From assembly GCF_006345805.1 (NCBI RefSeq), contig NC_043004.1:93992001-94056000 (forward strand): 64,000 nucleotides of DNA, given 5' to 3'. Of this stretch, positions 39,880 through 53,566 are shown piece after piece. This stretch comes from Octopus sinensis (Eukaryota). The notes under the pieces are model-generated. The model saw only the letters and a program-made list of their open reading frames with translations. It was not told the DNA's origin and searched no databases. The number at the start of each line of letters is the position of its first letter. Positions within the stretch are counted from its first letter, which is position 1. The translations under genes were made by a program, and so were the position numbers.

Positions 39880-41395
39880 TTTCAAATTTTTGCACAAAGC
39901 CAGCAATTTCAGTGGTGAGGTAAGTTGATTATATCGACCCCTGTACTTAACATGTATTTGTTTTATCAATTCCGAAAGGATGAAAGGCAAAGTTAATGTT
40001 GGCAGAATTTAAGAATGTAAAGACGGTCGTAATATCGCTAAGTGCTTTGTCCTACGTACCAGCTTGCCGCCTTAGAAATACTGCAAAACATTTTGCCTGG
40101 CGTGCTGAAAAGATTCTGCTCACTCACCACCTAAATAAAACAAAGGAAAAGTTTAATACAAACGCGAAACCGCTCGTGAAACTGGCCACTAGTGTTGTCA
40201 TCAGAAGCGTACAGATCAAAGCGGCGAGCTGGCAGAAACGTTAGCACACCGGGCGAAATGCTTAGCAGTATTTCGTCTGCGTTACGTTGTGAGTTCAAAT
40301 TCCGCCGAGGTCGACTTTGCCTTTCATCCTTTCGGGGTCGATTAAATAAGTACCAGTTACGCACTGGGGTCGATATAATCGACTTAATCTGTTTGTCTGT
40401 CCTTTTTTGTCCCCTCTGTGTGTAACCCCTTGTGGGTAGTAAAGAAATAGGTATTTCGTCTGCCGCTACGTTCTGAGTTCAAATCCGCCGAGGTCGACTT
40501 TGCCTTTTATCCTTTCGGGGTTGATAAATTAAATACCAGTTACGCACTGGGGTTGATATAATCAACTTAATCTGTTTGTCTGTCCTTTTTTGTCCCCTCT
40601 GTGTGTAGCCCCTTGTGGACAGAAAAGAAACAAGCGTACAGCTCGAAGGATCGTCATCTGTCGGCCGGACAAAATGCTTAGCAGCATTTCTTCCGGTTTT
40701 GTTTACGTATGTAAGAAGTACTTATATATATTTATATCTATATCCTGCCCCTTCACACGAAAAATCGAAGACGGAGTTGACTTCACCGGGATTTGAAGTC
40801 TCACATGATTCTTTCTCTATATTATTAGTACAAGGCCAGGAAATTTGAGTGGAGGGGTTCTAGTCGATTACTTCGGCACCAGTACTCAACCGGTATTTAT
40901 TTTATCAACACCGAAAGGATGAAAGACAAAGTTGACGTCGGCAAATTTTGAAAACGTTAAGACGGATGAAATGTCGCTAAGTGCTTTGCCAGCCGTGTCA
41001 GTTGGCTGTCTTAGAAATACCACTAAGCATTTTACTTAACGTGCTAACCTTTCTGCCCATTCATCACCGAAAAAAAAAGAGGAAAAGCTTAATATGAACG
41101 CGAAACAACAACAGAAATCTGTTACCTTAGTCCACTGGTAAAGTTTGACTGGTACTTTATTTTATTGAACCTGAAAGGATGAAGGGCTAAGTCTTTTCTA
41201 CTCTTGTCACAAGGTCTGAAAATTTTGGGGAAGGATCTAGTCGATTAAATCGGCCCCATACGCAAGTGGTACTTAATTTATCGACCCCGAAAGGATGAAA
41301 GGTAAAGTCGACCTCGGCGGAATTTGAACTCAGAACGTTAAGACAGACGAAATACCGCTAAGCATTTCGCCCGACGTGCTAACGATTCTGCCAGC
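39880..41395. mobile_element. Cluster of older family C-related SINEs (39880-40130, 40830-41070, 41190-41395; minus strand)
   Basis: Degenerate CGAAAGGATGAAAGGCAAAGTCGAC cores. Confidence 0.65.
40221..40630 (+). mobile_element. SINE family C dimer
   Basis: Junction AAAGAAATA|GGTATTTCG at 40449/40450. Confidence 0.88.
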
Positions 41396-41696
41396 TAAGT
41401 CTGCCGCGTTGGAATTTGAATTCAGAACGCAAACAAAACCGGAAGATATGCTGCTAAGCATTTGGTCCGGCCGACAGGATAACGATCCTTCGATCTGTGT
41501 GCTCCTACTGACCATACTACAGGCCAGTTTCACGAGCGATTTGAGCATAATCATTAACTCTACGTTCGCCTGAGACGTGAACAAACGAAACATTAGTGAT
41601 GTCCCACTTGTTCGTGTATTTCTCAAACAGCAACTTCCAGTAGACTGAGAACGATCCTCGGCTAAAAGAGCTTGGCCTGCTTCTATTCTGTTGTCA

Positions 41697-42085
41697 TTGT
41701 GGAGGCGCAATGGCCCAGTGGTTAGGGCAGCGGACTCGCGGTCATAGGATCGCGGTTTCGATTCCCAGACCGGGCGTTGTGAGTGTTTATTGAGCGAAAA
41801 CACCTAAAAGCTCCACGAGGCTCCGGCAGGGGATGGTGGTGATCCCTGCTGTACTCTTTCACCACAACTTTCTCTCACTCTTACTTCCTGTTTCTGTTGT
41901 ACCTGTATTTCAAGGAACCGGCCTTGTCACTCTCTGTGTCACGCTGAATATCCCCGAGAACTACGTTAAGGGCGCACGTGTCTGTGGAGTGCTCAGCCAC
42001 TTACACGTTAATTTCACTTGCAGGCTGTTCCGTTGATTCGGATCAACCGGAACCCTCATCGTCGTAACCGACGGAGTGCTTCCAC
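41697..42085 (+). mobile_element. SINE family B, tail type 1, with 12-bp TSD
   Basis: tRNA(Arg)-like head; TSD ATTCTGTTGTCA at 41685-41696 and 42086-42097. Confidence 0.9.
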
Positions 42086-42400
42086 ATTCTGTTGTCAATT
42101 AGACAGACATCTGCCACGAGACGAGCAAAGAAGCTCACGAGACAAATCATCCAATTAGAACGGCTTACTCCTCGCATAAATACTCTCCACTAACAACAGA
42201 ATAACTACTGTTGTCGGATGTAATATTTGATGTTTGTTTCTGTGTGTAATGAGAGCGTTCCCTATCAGAGAGAAGAAGAAACTAAAGAATAGAGTGGTAC
42301 GTATTGAAAGTGAGAGACTCTGAAAAAAAGGGGATTAAAAGTTGGATTGGTTTAGCTGCGGAGCGGGGGAAAGCTCAGGAGATATATATAACTTCGAGCT

Positions 42401-42802
42401 TACTCTTTTACTCTTTTACTTGTTTCAGTCATTTGACTGCGGCCATGCTGGAGCACCGCCTTTAGTCGAGCAAATCGACCCCGGGACTTATTCTTTGTAA
42501 GCCCAGTACTTATTCTATCGGTCTCTTTTGCCGAACCGCTAAGTGACGGGGACGTAAACCACCAGCATCGGTTGTCAAGCAATGCTAGGGGGACAAACAC
42601 AGACACACAACACACACACATACTACACACATATATATAAACATATATACGACAGGCTTCTTTCAGTTTCCGTCTACCAATCCACTCACAAGGCATTGTC
42701 GGCCCGGGCTATAGCAGAAGACACTTGCCCAAGTGCACGCAGTGGGACTGAACCCGGAACCATGTGGCTGGTTAGCAAGCTACTTACCACACAGCCACTC
42801 CT
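42401..42802 (-). mobile_element. SINE family A
   Basis: Full reverse copy. Confidence 0.9.
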
Positions 42803-43312
42803 CTGAAAGTTTGTTTGATATATTTCAGAAAATCTATGGTTTGTTCTTCATAGCTGTGTGTGTGGTTATTAAGCTCACCTTACAATCACGTGGTTCTGGA
42901 TTCAGTATCACTCCTGCGGTACCTTGGCCAAATGTCTTATATTATAGTTCCGAGCGAACCAGTGCTTTTGGGTTAATTTGGTTGACGGAAAACGTGTGGA
43001 AGCTTGTCATATGTATGTGCGTGTGTTTGTTTGTTTGTGTAACTTCCCCCCCCCCACACACACACACATGCACCACTTGAAAAATGGTGTTCGTTTTTTA
43101 GTTAACTGTAATTAAGCAGTCTAGCAAAAAAAAAAAAATGGTAGAATAAGTACCAGATTTAAGTAATGGGGTAGATTCGTTCCATTAAAACCTTTCATTG
43201 CGGTGCCCCATCATGGCCGCTGTTCAATGAAAGAAACAAGTAAAAGATAAAAGAAATAAAGAATAAAGTAACTAAAATTAAACAAAACTAAAACTAAACA
43301 AATGAATAATAT

Positions 43313-43731
43313 AGGCACAGGAGTGGCTGTGTGGTAAGTAGCTTGCTAACCAACCACATGGTTCCGGGTTCAGTCCCACTGCGTGGCATCTTGGGCATGT
43401 GCCTTTTACTATAGCCTCGGGCCGACCAATGCCTTGTGAGTGGATTTGGTAGACGGAAACTGAAAGAAGCCTGTCGTATATATGTATATGTATATGTGTA
43501 GTATGTGTGTGTGTTTGTGTGTCTGTGTTTGTCCCCCTAGCATTGCTTGACAACCGATGCTGGTGTGTTTACGTCTCCGTCAACTAGCGGTTCGGCAAAA
43601 GAGATCGATAGAATAAGTACTGGGCTTACAAAGTATAAGTCCCGGGGTCGATTTCCTCGACTAAAGGCAGGCGGTGCTCCAGCATGGCCGCAGTCAAATG
43701 ACTGAAACAAGTAAAAGAGTAAAAGAGAGAG
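43313..43731 (+). mobile_element. SINE family A
   Basis: Full forward copy. Confidence 0.9.
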
Positions 43732-43882
43732 TATATGAAGTATTAATTAAACAAAGAAAAAGAAAAAAGAAAAATTAACAAAAGAAGTTTGCCGTCTGGA
43801 ACCAAAAATTCATCAGCAAATCCGACACCAAAGATAATTCTCTCCCTCCGACTTTCTCTGTTCTTCTTTTTCTCTCTCTCCA

Positions 43883-43913
<31 letters not shown>

Positions 43914-43969
43914 ATTTTCTTTCTCTTTCGTTTATTTTTGAAAATGCTTTCTGTTAAAGACATTTCAAT

Positions 43970-44085
43970 TACCACGGTCACGTCGAATTCATTGTTTTAC
44001 GTCACAACGGTGCGCATGCGTATACTGCTTGAAGAATCACGCCATTATTTCAAGGAGATAACCCCCAGTATCTACCCCCGCCAAC
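43970..44085. promoter_or_regulatory. Candidate cis-regulatory motif cluster (CRE-like, NRF1-like, GC box)
   Basis: TTACGTCA at 43997-44004, TGCGCATGCG at 44011-44020, CCCCGCC at 44076-44082, in unique CpG-containing sequence. Confidence 0.3.
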
Positions 44086-44189
44086 TCTTTTGCCCTCTAA
44101 TGTATATTATTCATTAATGGCAAGACTTATTTCCAAGGATGCATGCAAACACACTTCAAATATACATACATGCTAAAATATACATAAAT

Positions 44190-44248
<59 letters not shown>

Positions 44249-44250
44249 AC

Positions 44251-44281
<31 letters not shown>

Positions 44282-44609
44282 AGGTATGTGTATGTGTGTG
44301 TGTATACATACACACATACGTACAAACACAAGCAAACGTATGTACGCACGTAAATATGTACACATCCATGTAAACAAATACATATGTACATGCGCACAAA
44401 GAGAGATAAAGAAAGCAAAAGTACGCACAAGTTCACGCACACACGCGCACACTATCGCTCGGATATGTAAGTTTGTATGAATACAGCCAGACGTACCCGA
44501 ATACACCCCCGCCCCGAAACACACACACAGAATACCCACTCGCGATCTCTGCCCCCCCCACCACTCGCACGTGCGCGCATACACATGCAGAAACACATAT
44601 ACATATTCC

Positions 44610-44649
<40 letters not shown>

Positions 44650-44785
44650 ACACGCACATACATTCACACATACACGCACACATACACACGTACGCGCACA
44701 GTCATTTTTCATCAGTTGCCGTATAATGACTTGTCTATGGAGTGTGTGAAAATGCGAATGTGTGATTCGGTCTTTGTGTGTGTGT

Positions 44786-44827
<42 letters not shown>

Positions 44828-44928
44828 TGTGTGTGTGTGCGCGCGTTCGTGCGTGCGTACGTGCATCCGTTTTGGGCCTCCAGTTAGTCTTTCAGTTCTT
44901 TCGAATATAAAATCTGCTAAGGTGAATA

Positions 44929-45284
44929 TGCGTGGCTTAGTGGTTAGGGTATTCTGTTCGCGATCATAAGGTTGTGGGTTCGAATTCAAGCGGTGCGTTG
45001 TGTCTTTGAGCCAGACACGAATTCAAGCGGTACGTTGTGTCTTTGAGCCAGACACTTTAATTCACATTGCTCCAATCCACTCAGTTGGTAAAAATGAGTG
45101 TTACCTGTAATTCAAAGGGCCAGCCTTGTCACACTCTATGTCACGCTGAATCTCCTCGAGAACTACATTAAGGGTACCCGTATCAGTGAAGTGCTGAGCC
45201 ACTTACAAGTTTATTTCACAAGCTGTCTGTTCCGTTGATCGGATCAAAGGCAACACTCATCGTCGTCGCAACCGACGGAGTGTC
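44929..45284 (+). mobile_element. CORE-type tRNA SINE sharing tail type 1 with family B
   Basis: GCGTGGCTTAGTGGTTAGGG head; TGTGTCTTTGAGCCAGACAC(TT) CORE segment duplicated in tandem; tail ...CGTCGTCGCAACCGACGGAGTG. Confidence 0.75.
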
Positions 45285-45670
45285 GAAAAGAAAAAGAGAA
45301 AAATCTGCTTAAATGCTACGTTATATGGGACATCGTGAATGTGGGTTTGTTGTAGACTGCAAAAGAAGAGATGCGAATTCGACCACCACATTGTTTGGTC
45401 CTCAAAGGTTGTATCTATAGCACATGTTGCCCGATTGCAAAGAGAAGCCGATACTGCAGTCTGGCATGGTGGGATTTAACTATCCGGACGGGGAACTCGA
45501 AGTCAAAACGCAATCAGCCGGAACACATATCGCAAGTCGACACTGCCAATTTGTCGCTGCTGCGCGCAAACGCACACACATATACACACTCGAACATTAC
45601 CAGGAATATATATACGCACACATAAATACATATACACAATTCAAAGAGACAGACAGACGGATGGATGGAC

Positions 45671-45759
<89 letters not shown>

Positions 45760-46273
45760 TGCATGAATGTGTATGTGTATGTATGTATGTACGTATGTAT
45801 ATTTGTATGTCAACGGTTATATAACATTGGTTCACCTGTAACATTCATAACATTGGTTCACCTGTAAGCACTGAAGTAAAGCAGCGTCCAACCCAGTTAA
45901 CAGGTGACCGCTTGAGAAACCTAGATACTGTAAACATTTCTCATTTAATAGGCGCTGTGTCTGAAAGAAGTTTGTTTAGTAGTCACATAGTTTTGAGTTC
46001 TGTGTGTGTGTGGGGGGAGGTCATCTAAGGCAAGTATCTTCTTAAATAGACTCGGGCTAACCAACTCCTCGCGGCAAATTTGGTAGACGGTAATTAATAC
46101 GCAGAAGCTTGTCTTATATATATTGAGGTTTTTACACTTACATGATCTAAAAGTCGGAGGGGGACGGGTTAAACTACCTGCATCAACTTGCTATAAATTT
46201 ACCTTGATGTTGTTCTTAGTGCAAGTTTTGAAGAGTGCAGTTCCTGTTTCACAGTTATTTTTTCAAAGCTATA

Positions 46274-46697
46274 ATGAAAGTGACAAAGGAGCATATTCGG
46301 CATATTTTACTTTATGAGTTCAATAAAGGCAACAAAGCAACGGAAAGTGCAAGGAATGTTAATGCAGTATATGGGTATCGGACATTGAGCGTAAGCCAGT
46401 CAACGGAGGATCTAGATATTCTGAGGCGAAAACTACAGCCTATAAGACGACCCTCATCCTTAAAGAGCTGTAGAGCTCGACGAGGACGTCCTGCAAACCC
46501 TGATGGAACAAAATCCCATCGTAAATGGAACTAGCAGAGATGCTTGGATTTGGTCATTCAATCATTCATCGACAACTGCGTATCATCGAAAACGTCAGCA
46601 AATTGGGTCAATGGGTTCCTCACAAACTTTCCAAGTCCAATCGTGCACAGAGAGTGAATGTGTGCTCTTCTTTGCTGCCATGTCTTACGAATGGACC
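46274..46697 (+). pseudogene. Mariner transposase N-terminal remnant (frameshifted)
   Basis: MKVTKEHIRHILLYEFNKGNKATESARNVNAVYG ... LDEDVLQTLMEQNP ... [35 protein letters not shown] (WVPH[E/K]L motif). Confidence 0.9.
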
Positions 46698-46907
46698 TAA
46701 ACATACCAGCATCTGTTGTGAAGCGATGTTGGGGAACGCCACGCACCCATTTCCAAGTAAGTATATATATATATATGTATTGATGTATACATATATAATA
46801 TATATATATATATATAGATATAATATATATGTATATATATGGACATATATATGTATGTATACATCATGTATATATGGACATATTATGTATATATATATAT
46901 ATATTAT

Positions 46908-46960
<53 letters not shown>

Positions 46961-47540
46961 CATACACACATACATACATACATTACATACATACATACAT
47001 ACGTACATACATACATACATACATACATAATACATACATACATACATATATACATACATACAGGTTTCAGAAATGATTGCCTTCATCGCACCTTCACCTC
47101 ATACACAATACTCATTCTCTCCTTTAGTCTCCCCCTTTTTTTTATTTTATCACAACTTCGCCCCCCCCCTCCCACCATCTCTCGTTTGCTGATCACTGTC
47201 CTTGACATTTTCGCGAAGGATGCCTAAAAATAAAGTGCAGAGAGCCAGCCCCTGACTATTAAAAACAACAACCTGGATTGCTTACGTAGCTAAAATCACA
47301 TAGTTAGCATGTCTAACAGGTCTTGAAAAACGGCTTGCTTTTCTGTTACTTCTGCTCTTTTCATCCCTTCTAAAAATGGCACCGAGAGACTTCGTCTGTT
47401 TAAGTGAAAAGCGATATGACAGCTATGAGCATGGAAATAGATATATGTAAAGGCTTGCGTATACCCAGCAAGTATTCCTTCATTAAGCGAAATTGAGATA
47501 GGAATGTTGTATGATGGGATAGAAAAATTTGCTTTCATTA

Positions 47541-47678
<138 letters not shown>

Positions 47679-48453
47679 AAATTGTTCGTTCTATTCAACA
47701 GATATTAATAATGAGTAGAAGATATTCTATGGCCTGCTGTGGATGTTTTGTGAATGAGTAATCTAATTCTATGAAGTAATGAATTTAATCATTGTTTCTT
47801 TTTATTGGCCACAAGGGCCTAAATCGCGTCATAAAAAACGTGTCTTACACAAAGGTTAGAAAACATGTAACTATGTGCGTGTGTGTGTGTGTGTGTGTAT
47901 GTATATGTGTGTGCGTAAGCGCACGTGTATGCTTCTAATTTAAGTGCACTGCCAGCTGTTTTTGAGGTGATGTGTAGTTTAGTCGATAGTGTCGACTCCG
48001 GTATTTCACTGGTGCTTTATTTTACCGATTCTGGAGGACAAAACGCAAAGCAGACCACGGCAGGATTTTACAGCACAACTTAATGAGCAGGAGCAAATAA
48101 CGTAAAGAGTTAGTTCTGACACGCTAACGTTTCTGTCAGTCCCCTTTAATAATAATAATAATCCTTTCTGCTATGGGCACATGGATTGAAATTTTGATGG
48201 CGGGTCTAGTCTATTTCAGTGACCACAGAACACAACTGGTTCCTCCTATTTCATTGACCCCCGAGAGGATTGCAGGCAATGTCGATCCCGGTGGTATTTG
48301 AACTCGGAACGTCAAGACGGACGAAATGACGCTAAGCATTTTGTCCGGCGTGCTAAGGAAATATATAGCTAGCCGGCTGGGATTATTATGTTTTGTGCGC
48401 ATATCATAAAAAGCGGCAACGTATTGTCATTTGATGGTGAATAACGATTCATT

Positions 48454-49290
48454 GGGGAGAGAATTAAGGGTGTTGAGGCGGATGGATATAAGTACCTGGG
48501 TATTTTGAAGTATGACAAAATCAAGGAGATTGAGATGAAGGAAGGCTTTAGGCGAGAATACTTCAGGGGAACAAATAAATTATGGAGAACAATGAGAGAA
48601 CAAGACTAGGACAAAGAACACGTGGGCTGCCTCCTTAATGCGATGTGGGACGCAGGTGTTGTTAGATGGACAAAGAACGAGCTTGAAGAAATAGAGAGAA
48701 AAACAGAGAAGGGGATGACAATGAACAAGGAACTGCACCCTAAAAGCAATGTGTCTAGAAACAAGGGACGAAGAGAACACAAAATCTGTGTTGTCAAAGA
48801 GGAAAACAATCTTGATGATACGTCAAACAGAAAATTGAACCTTTGGTTGCTGTTATAAATAGCAACATGAAAGTTAGTGAAAATGTGAGACACCCAAAAG
48901 CATTTAAGAAACAAGATGGAGAACAATGAGGAAAACAATTTGGATGATGCGTCAAACAGCAAATTGAACCTTTCGTTGCTGTTATAAATATATTTCTTTA
49001 TTGCCTACAAGAGGCTAAACATAGAGGGGACAAACAAGGACAGACAAAGGGATTAAGTAGTTTACATCGACCCCAGTGCGTAACTAGTACTTTATTTATC
49101 GACCCCGAAAGGATGAAAGGCAAAGTAGACCTCGGCGGAATTTGAACTCACAACGTAACGACAGACGAAATACGTGCTAACGTTTCTGCCAGCTCAAATA
49201 GCAGCACGAAGGCTAGTGAAAAAGCATTTAAGAAACAAGATGTAGAACGATACTTGAACAACTAGAAAATGAAAGTGATGCATTTGCAAT
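48454..49290 (+). mobile_element. R4/Dong-like non-LTR retrotransposon remnant
   Basis: GERIKGVEADGYKYLGILKYDKIKEIEMKEGFRREY..., then AGVVRWTKNELEEIERKT..MTMNKELHPKSNVSR; internal ~120-bp duplication; interrupted by a family C SINE. Confidence 0.7.
48991..49195 (-). mobile_element. SINE family C inserted in the R4-like remnant
   Basis: Reverse copy with a deletion in the head; short AAATA duplication at the flanks. Confidence 0.85.
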
Positions 49291-49496
49291 AGCTACAAAA
49301 TGGTTGGGAACCATTGCTCTAGAGTTATTAAGATTAGTACCAGCACCAGACTTGGCTTCATGCAATCACTTCTCACACCCTCTCGTAGAAGCATTTGTTT
49401 TAAGAAGAAAAAAAGACAACATAAAACTGTATAGGGGTGATTGAACTCGATATGTGGCACGCAAGCGCACACACACAAACATATATAGACATATTC

Positions 49497-49918
49497 ACTT
49501 TTTACTCTTTTACTTGTTTCAGTCATTTGATTGCGGCCATGCTGGAGCACCGCCTTTAGTCGAGCAAATCGACCCCGGGACTTATTCTTTTGTAACCGCA
49601 GTACTTATTCTATCGGTCTCTTTTGCCGAACCGCTAAGTGACGAGGACGTAAACACACCAGCATCAGTTGTCAAGCTATGCTAGGGGGACAAACACAGAC
49701 ACACAAACATATACACACACACACACATATATATATATAATATATCCATATATACGACAGGAGTCTTTCAGTTTCCGTCTACCAAATCCACTCACAAGGC
49801 ATTGGTCGGCCCGGGGCTATAGCAGAAGACACTTGCCCAAGATGCCACGCAGTGGGACTGAACCCGGAACCATGTGGTTGGTTAGCAAGCTACTTACCAC
49901 ACAGCCACTCCTGCGCCT
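49497..49918 (-). mobile_element. SINE family A
   Basis: Full reverse copy. Confidence 0.9.
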
Positions 49919-50181
49919 ATATATATATGCGCTATATATATATGCGCTCACACGGAAAGGAAAAGTTGATATAATTTTTAAAATAGCAAATGCCATAAAT
50001 AACCAAAAATAAATAACAATGAAAAACATCACTAAATATAAAACAATAGATATGGTTGTTTTACTTTGAATGAGTTTCCTATAGACAATTCAAAATAATG
50101 TGGCAGGAATGAGATACTGAAGGGCTGAAAGTAAAGAAAAACCCAACACTGCCCTATTCATACTTAGAAGTATACTGTATG

Positions 50182-50630
50182 CAGTAGACTACTTTCTATC
50201 CGGCACCACTGGGGTTAGAGAGCTGCCGGATAATTGAATTTTTCGGATATCTGATCATCAGTTCTTTTAATTATCATAGCTCCTTACAAAACTCATTAAA
50301 ACTCTATATATGCATCAGTATTATCGTTAATATTCTAAATATAGGAGAAATGTGAGAAATAGGAAGAGATAAAAATATGATTTAACTAATGAGTAACTTT
50401 TATTAGCTTAATAAAATAGAGGAACTGTAAATGCAATAAAATAACACAACGATCTATTTTAGATAAACAGTAGAAACTTTCTTTTAATGACAATTAAGTA
50501 ATTAACAGAAATTACCACGGATTCTCTTAAATAATTTTTCTCTTCCTGTTTTTTTCTTTCTCTTTTTATCTGGGTGCCGGTTGCTTGAGAGTCCCGGTTA
50601 TTTGAGTACCGGATATATTTGAGTTTACTG
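50182..50630. mobile_element. pogo/Tigger-like MITE
   Basis: CAGTAGACTACTTTCTATCCGGCACC ... GGTGCCGG..CCGGATATATTTGAGTTTACTG imperfect TIRs; TA TSD decayed. Confidence 0.6.
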
Positions 50631-50639
50631 GACTTAATC

Positions 50640-51056
50640 CATATCCCAGTGATCTTCGAAGTTACCGTGGTCTTTTTCGTAGGCTTTTCTTCCCACGGAT
50701 AAACCTTACTTGCTTTCCCCTTTACACCATATATCATAACACTGTGATACACGATCCCTATTGATCGTTTTGTTTTTCCTCTTCACCTTTTTTTCCCCCT
50801 TTTTTCTTCTTTTTTCATTTCTCTTTTCTTTTGTTCCTTTTCCTTTTCTTTTTTTCTTTTTATTCTTTTTATTTTTTATTTTATTTATTTATTTTTTTGT
50901 TCTCTTCTTCCCTTTTACGATCCCTCTTGATCGAAAACCTACGCCACCCCCTTTTTTTTCTTCTTTTGTTTTTTGTTTTTTTCATCCCCCAAAAGAAAAG
51001 CTCTACCTTGTAACTTGACCCATCTGTGTGCAGCCCTGTGTGGCCAATAAAGAAAC
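50640..51056 (+). mobile_element. Putative LINE 3' UTR (pyrimidine-rich) ending in a family C-like tail
   Basis: Ends CCATCTGTGTGCAGCCCTGTGTGGCCAATAAAGAAA, similar to the family C 3' end. Confidence 0.45.
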
Positions 51057-51337
51057 TTATCTTCGAGGTTATTGTTACGATTGTTGGTCACCATAAGTTA
51101 CAATATGTTTTTGCTATGGGCCCAGCCTGTATTTAGGAAGTACATAATCTTATATAACACCGCTACACCTTTTCTTTATTTGTAGGATGTTCTTTGAAAG
51201 CAGCAAAATGAGTCGCCAGAACGTTGGCTAGAATGCCTTGCAATAATCACTCCAGTTCTCTGCAAGCGGAAGTTCGAATCCCGCTCAGATCGTCTTTCAT
51301 CCTTTTTTGATGTCAATAAATAAAATTATCAATCAAA

Positions 51338-51580
51338 TTCTTCTTCTTCTTCTTTTCTTCTTCTTCTTCTTCTCTTCTTCTTCTTCTTCTTCTTCTTCTC
51401 TTCTTCTTCTTCTTTCTTCTCTTCCTCTTCTCTTCTTCTTTTTGTCTTCTTTGTCTTCTTCTTCTTCTTCTTTCTTCTTCTTCTTCATCAATCATCATCT
51501 TTCTTCTTCTTCTCTTCCTTCTTCTCCTTCTTCTTCTTCTTCTTCTTCTTCTTCTTTCTTCTTCTTCTTCTCTTTCTCTC
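51338..51580. repeat. (TTC)n imperfect polypyrimidine microsatellite
   Basis: Directly visible. Confidence 0.95.
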
Positions 51581-51784
51581 GCATACTTTTTCTCCCTCTG
51601 GTAGGATTACATATGACCGACAAGTTGAAAAACAAAATGAACGAAAATCATCCAAAGAAAGGCTGCAAGAAACGACTTCTGTACGGGTCCTGGAGAATTT
51701 CGTAACAGCCACATAACTCTGAAAAAATAAAAGCCCTCCAGGGGTCATTCATACTTAATAACACACATCTCTCTCTATTTCTCT

Positions 51785-51823
<39 letters not shown>

Positions 51824-52416
51824 TTCTCTCTTTAGCATGCAGTATGAAAGAGAACTGGTCGCTATTTGTAGCCAGTCGAGCCCTCTCAGAAAAGCTTTCT
51901 GAATGTTCGTTGTTGCTGCTATAATATATTTAACCCTGGCCCATCCCTGTTGCAGCTTATCTATGATTTCGGGTGTTCAAGAATTAACCGTCTCACCCGT
52001 TTTACAGACATAGTGCATATAAGACTACATTATTTATCGTATCCTTATTTACGCAGTACATCATATATTACTTAACATAACATCGTACGATTCTAAGCGC
52101 AGGCGTGGCTGTGTAGTAAGAAGTTTGCTTCCCAGTCGCACTGTTTTGAGTTCAATCCTACTGCATGGCGCCTTGTCTGTGTTTGTCCCCGCTACCGCGC
52201 CGCTTGACAACAGTTGCTGATGTGTTTACGTCTCCGTAACTTAGCAGTTCGGCAAAAAAGAATGATAGAATAAGTAGCAGACTTAAAAAATAATATAAAG
52301 AAAGTACTGGGTTCGATACATTCAGCAAAAAGTTCTCCATAGTATGGTTGCAGTCAAATGAGGTTTTGCAATTGATTCAAGCAACCGTGTTGAAGTTCTA
52401 TCGTTGGTTTCCGCCA

Positions 52417-52457
<41 letters not shown>

Positions 52458-52808
52458 GACAGACAGACAGATAGACAAGCAGACAGACAGAGGATCTTTA
52501 TCTTTTGTATTTGACATGTTTCAGTAGTCATTATAAGTACGTTTCTGATAGGTTTGTTCAATTGGTCTATTGATCAGTTGAGCAAAAATTGAACGACCTA
52601 AACATTGTGTAAACCTATCGGTAACATACCTGTACTGACTACTGGAAACAGCTGTAAGTTAAATTTGTTCTACTAAAGGAAAAACATGTAACGACTATTA
52701 TTTATACCTTGTCTTATATATCACTCTGTGTAAAAACCAGTTTTGACAGTAGCCCATCTACGGATTTACAATATAGAATTATCTGTATATATATATATAT
52801 ATAATATA

Positions 52809-52865
<57 letters not shown>

Positions 52866-52882
52866 GTATGTAAGTATGTATA

Positions 52883-52944
<62 letters not shown>

Positions 52945-53009
52945 TATATATATATGTATATATATGTATATGTGTGGTATATATATATATGAATATATAT
53001 CAATCAAGA

Positions 53010-53185
53010 GAGAAAAAACAACAATGCGATGACGTGGAATAAGTATATTGTTATTGGACGCTCAGGAAAGGAAAGAAGAGGAAAGAAGATTTCACGTTTC
53101 CAGGAGAGCTCTTCATCAGAAATATAGAAAAAGTCCAAAGAAGGGAAGACGGAGAAAGAAAATCGCCAACGATACACACGCGGTA
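53010..53185 (-). mobile_element. (TA)n-flanked element with degenerate minimal hammerhead (Penelope-like pLTR fragment?)
   Basis: Minus: ATTT-CTGATGA(53119-53113)-AGAGCTCTCCTG-GAAA(53100-53097)-CGTG-AAAT. Triplet is GUG (non-cleavable) and helix II is poor. A truncated relative lies at ~38075-38165. Confidence 0.45.
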
Positions 53186-53191
53186 TATATA

Positions 53192-53386
53192 TACTCTTAC
53201 TCTTTACTCTTTTACTTGTTTCAGTCGTTTGCCTAAAATCGAGCAACTCGACCCCTGGACTTATTCTTTTGTAAGCCCGGTACTTATTCTATCGGTCTAT
53301 TTTGCCGAACCGCCAAGTAACGGGGACATAATCACACCAGCATCGGTTGTCAAGCAATGCTAGGCGGACAAACACACACGCATATC

Positions 53387-53418
<32 letters not shown>

Positions 53419-53566
53419 CGACGGGCTTCGTTCAGTTTCCGTCTACCAAATCCACTCACAAGGCTTTGGTCGGCCCGAGGCTATAGTAGAAGACACTTGC
53501 CCAAGGTGCTACGCAGTGTGACTGAACCCGGAACCATGTGGTTGGTAAACAAGCTACTTACCACAC
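53192..53566 (-). mobile_element. SINE family A
   Basis: Reverse copy with a small deletion. Confidence 0.85.

Noticed and set aside
41700-41775. Functional tRNA genes in SINE heads
   Set aside because: A/B-box-like motifs are present, but the heads run into SINE bodies with TSDs and lack a clean cloverleaf
49296-49324. hAT-like end GGTTGGGAACCATTG followed by CTCTAGAG
   Set aside because: No matching left end or TSD found; too short to call
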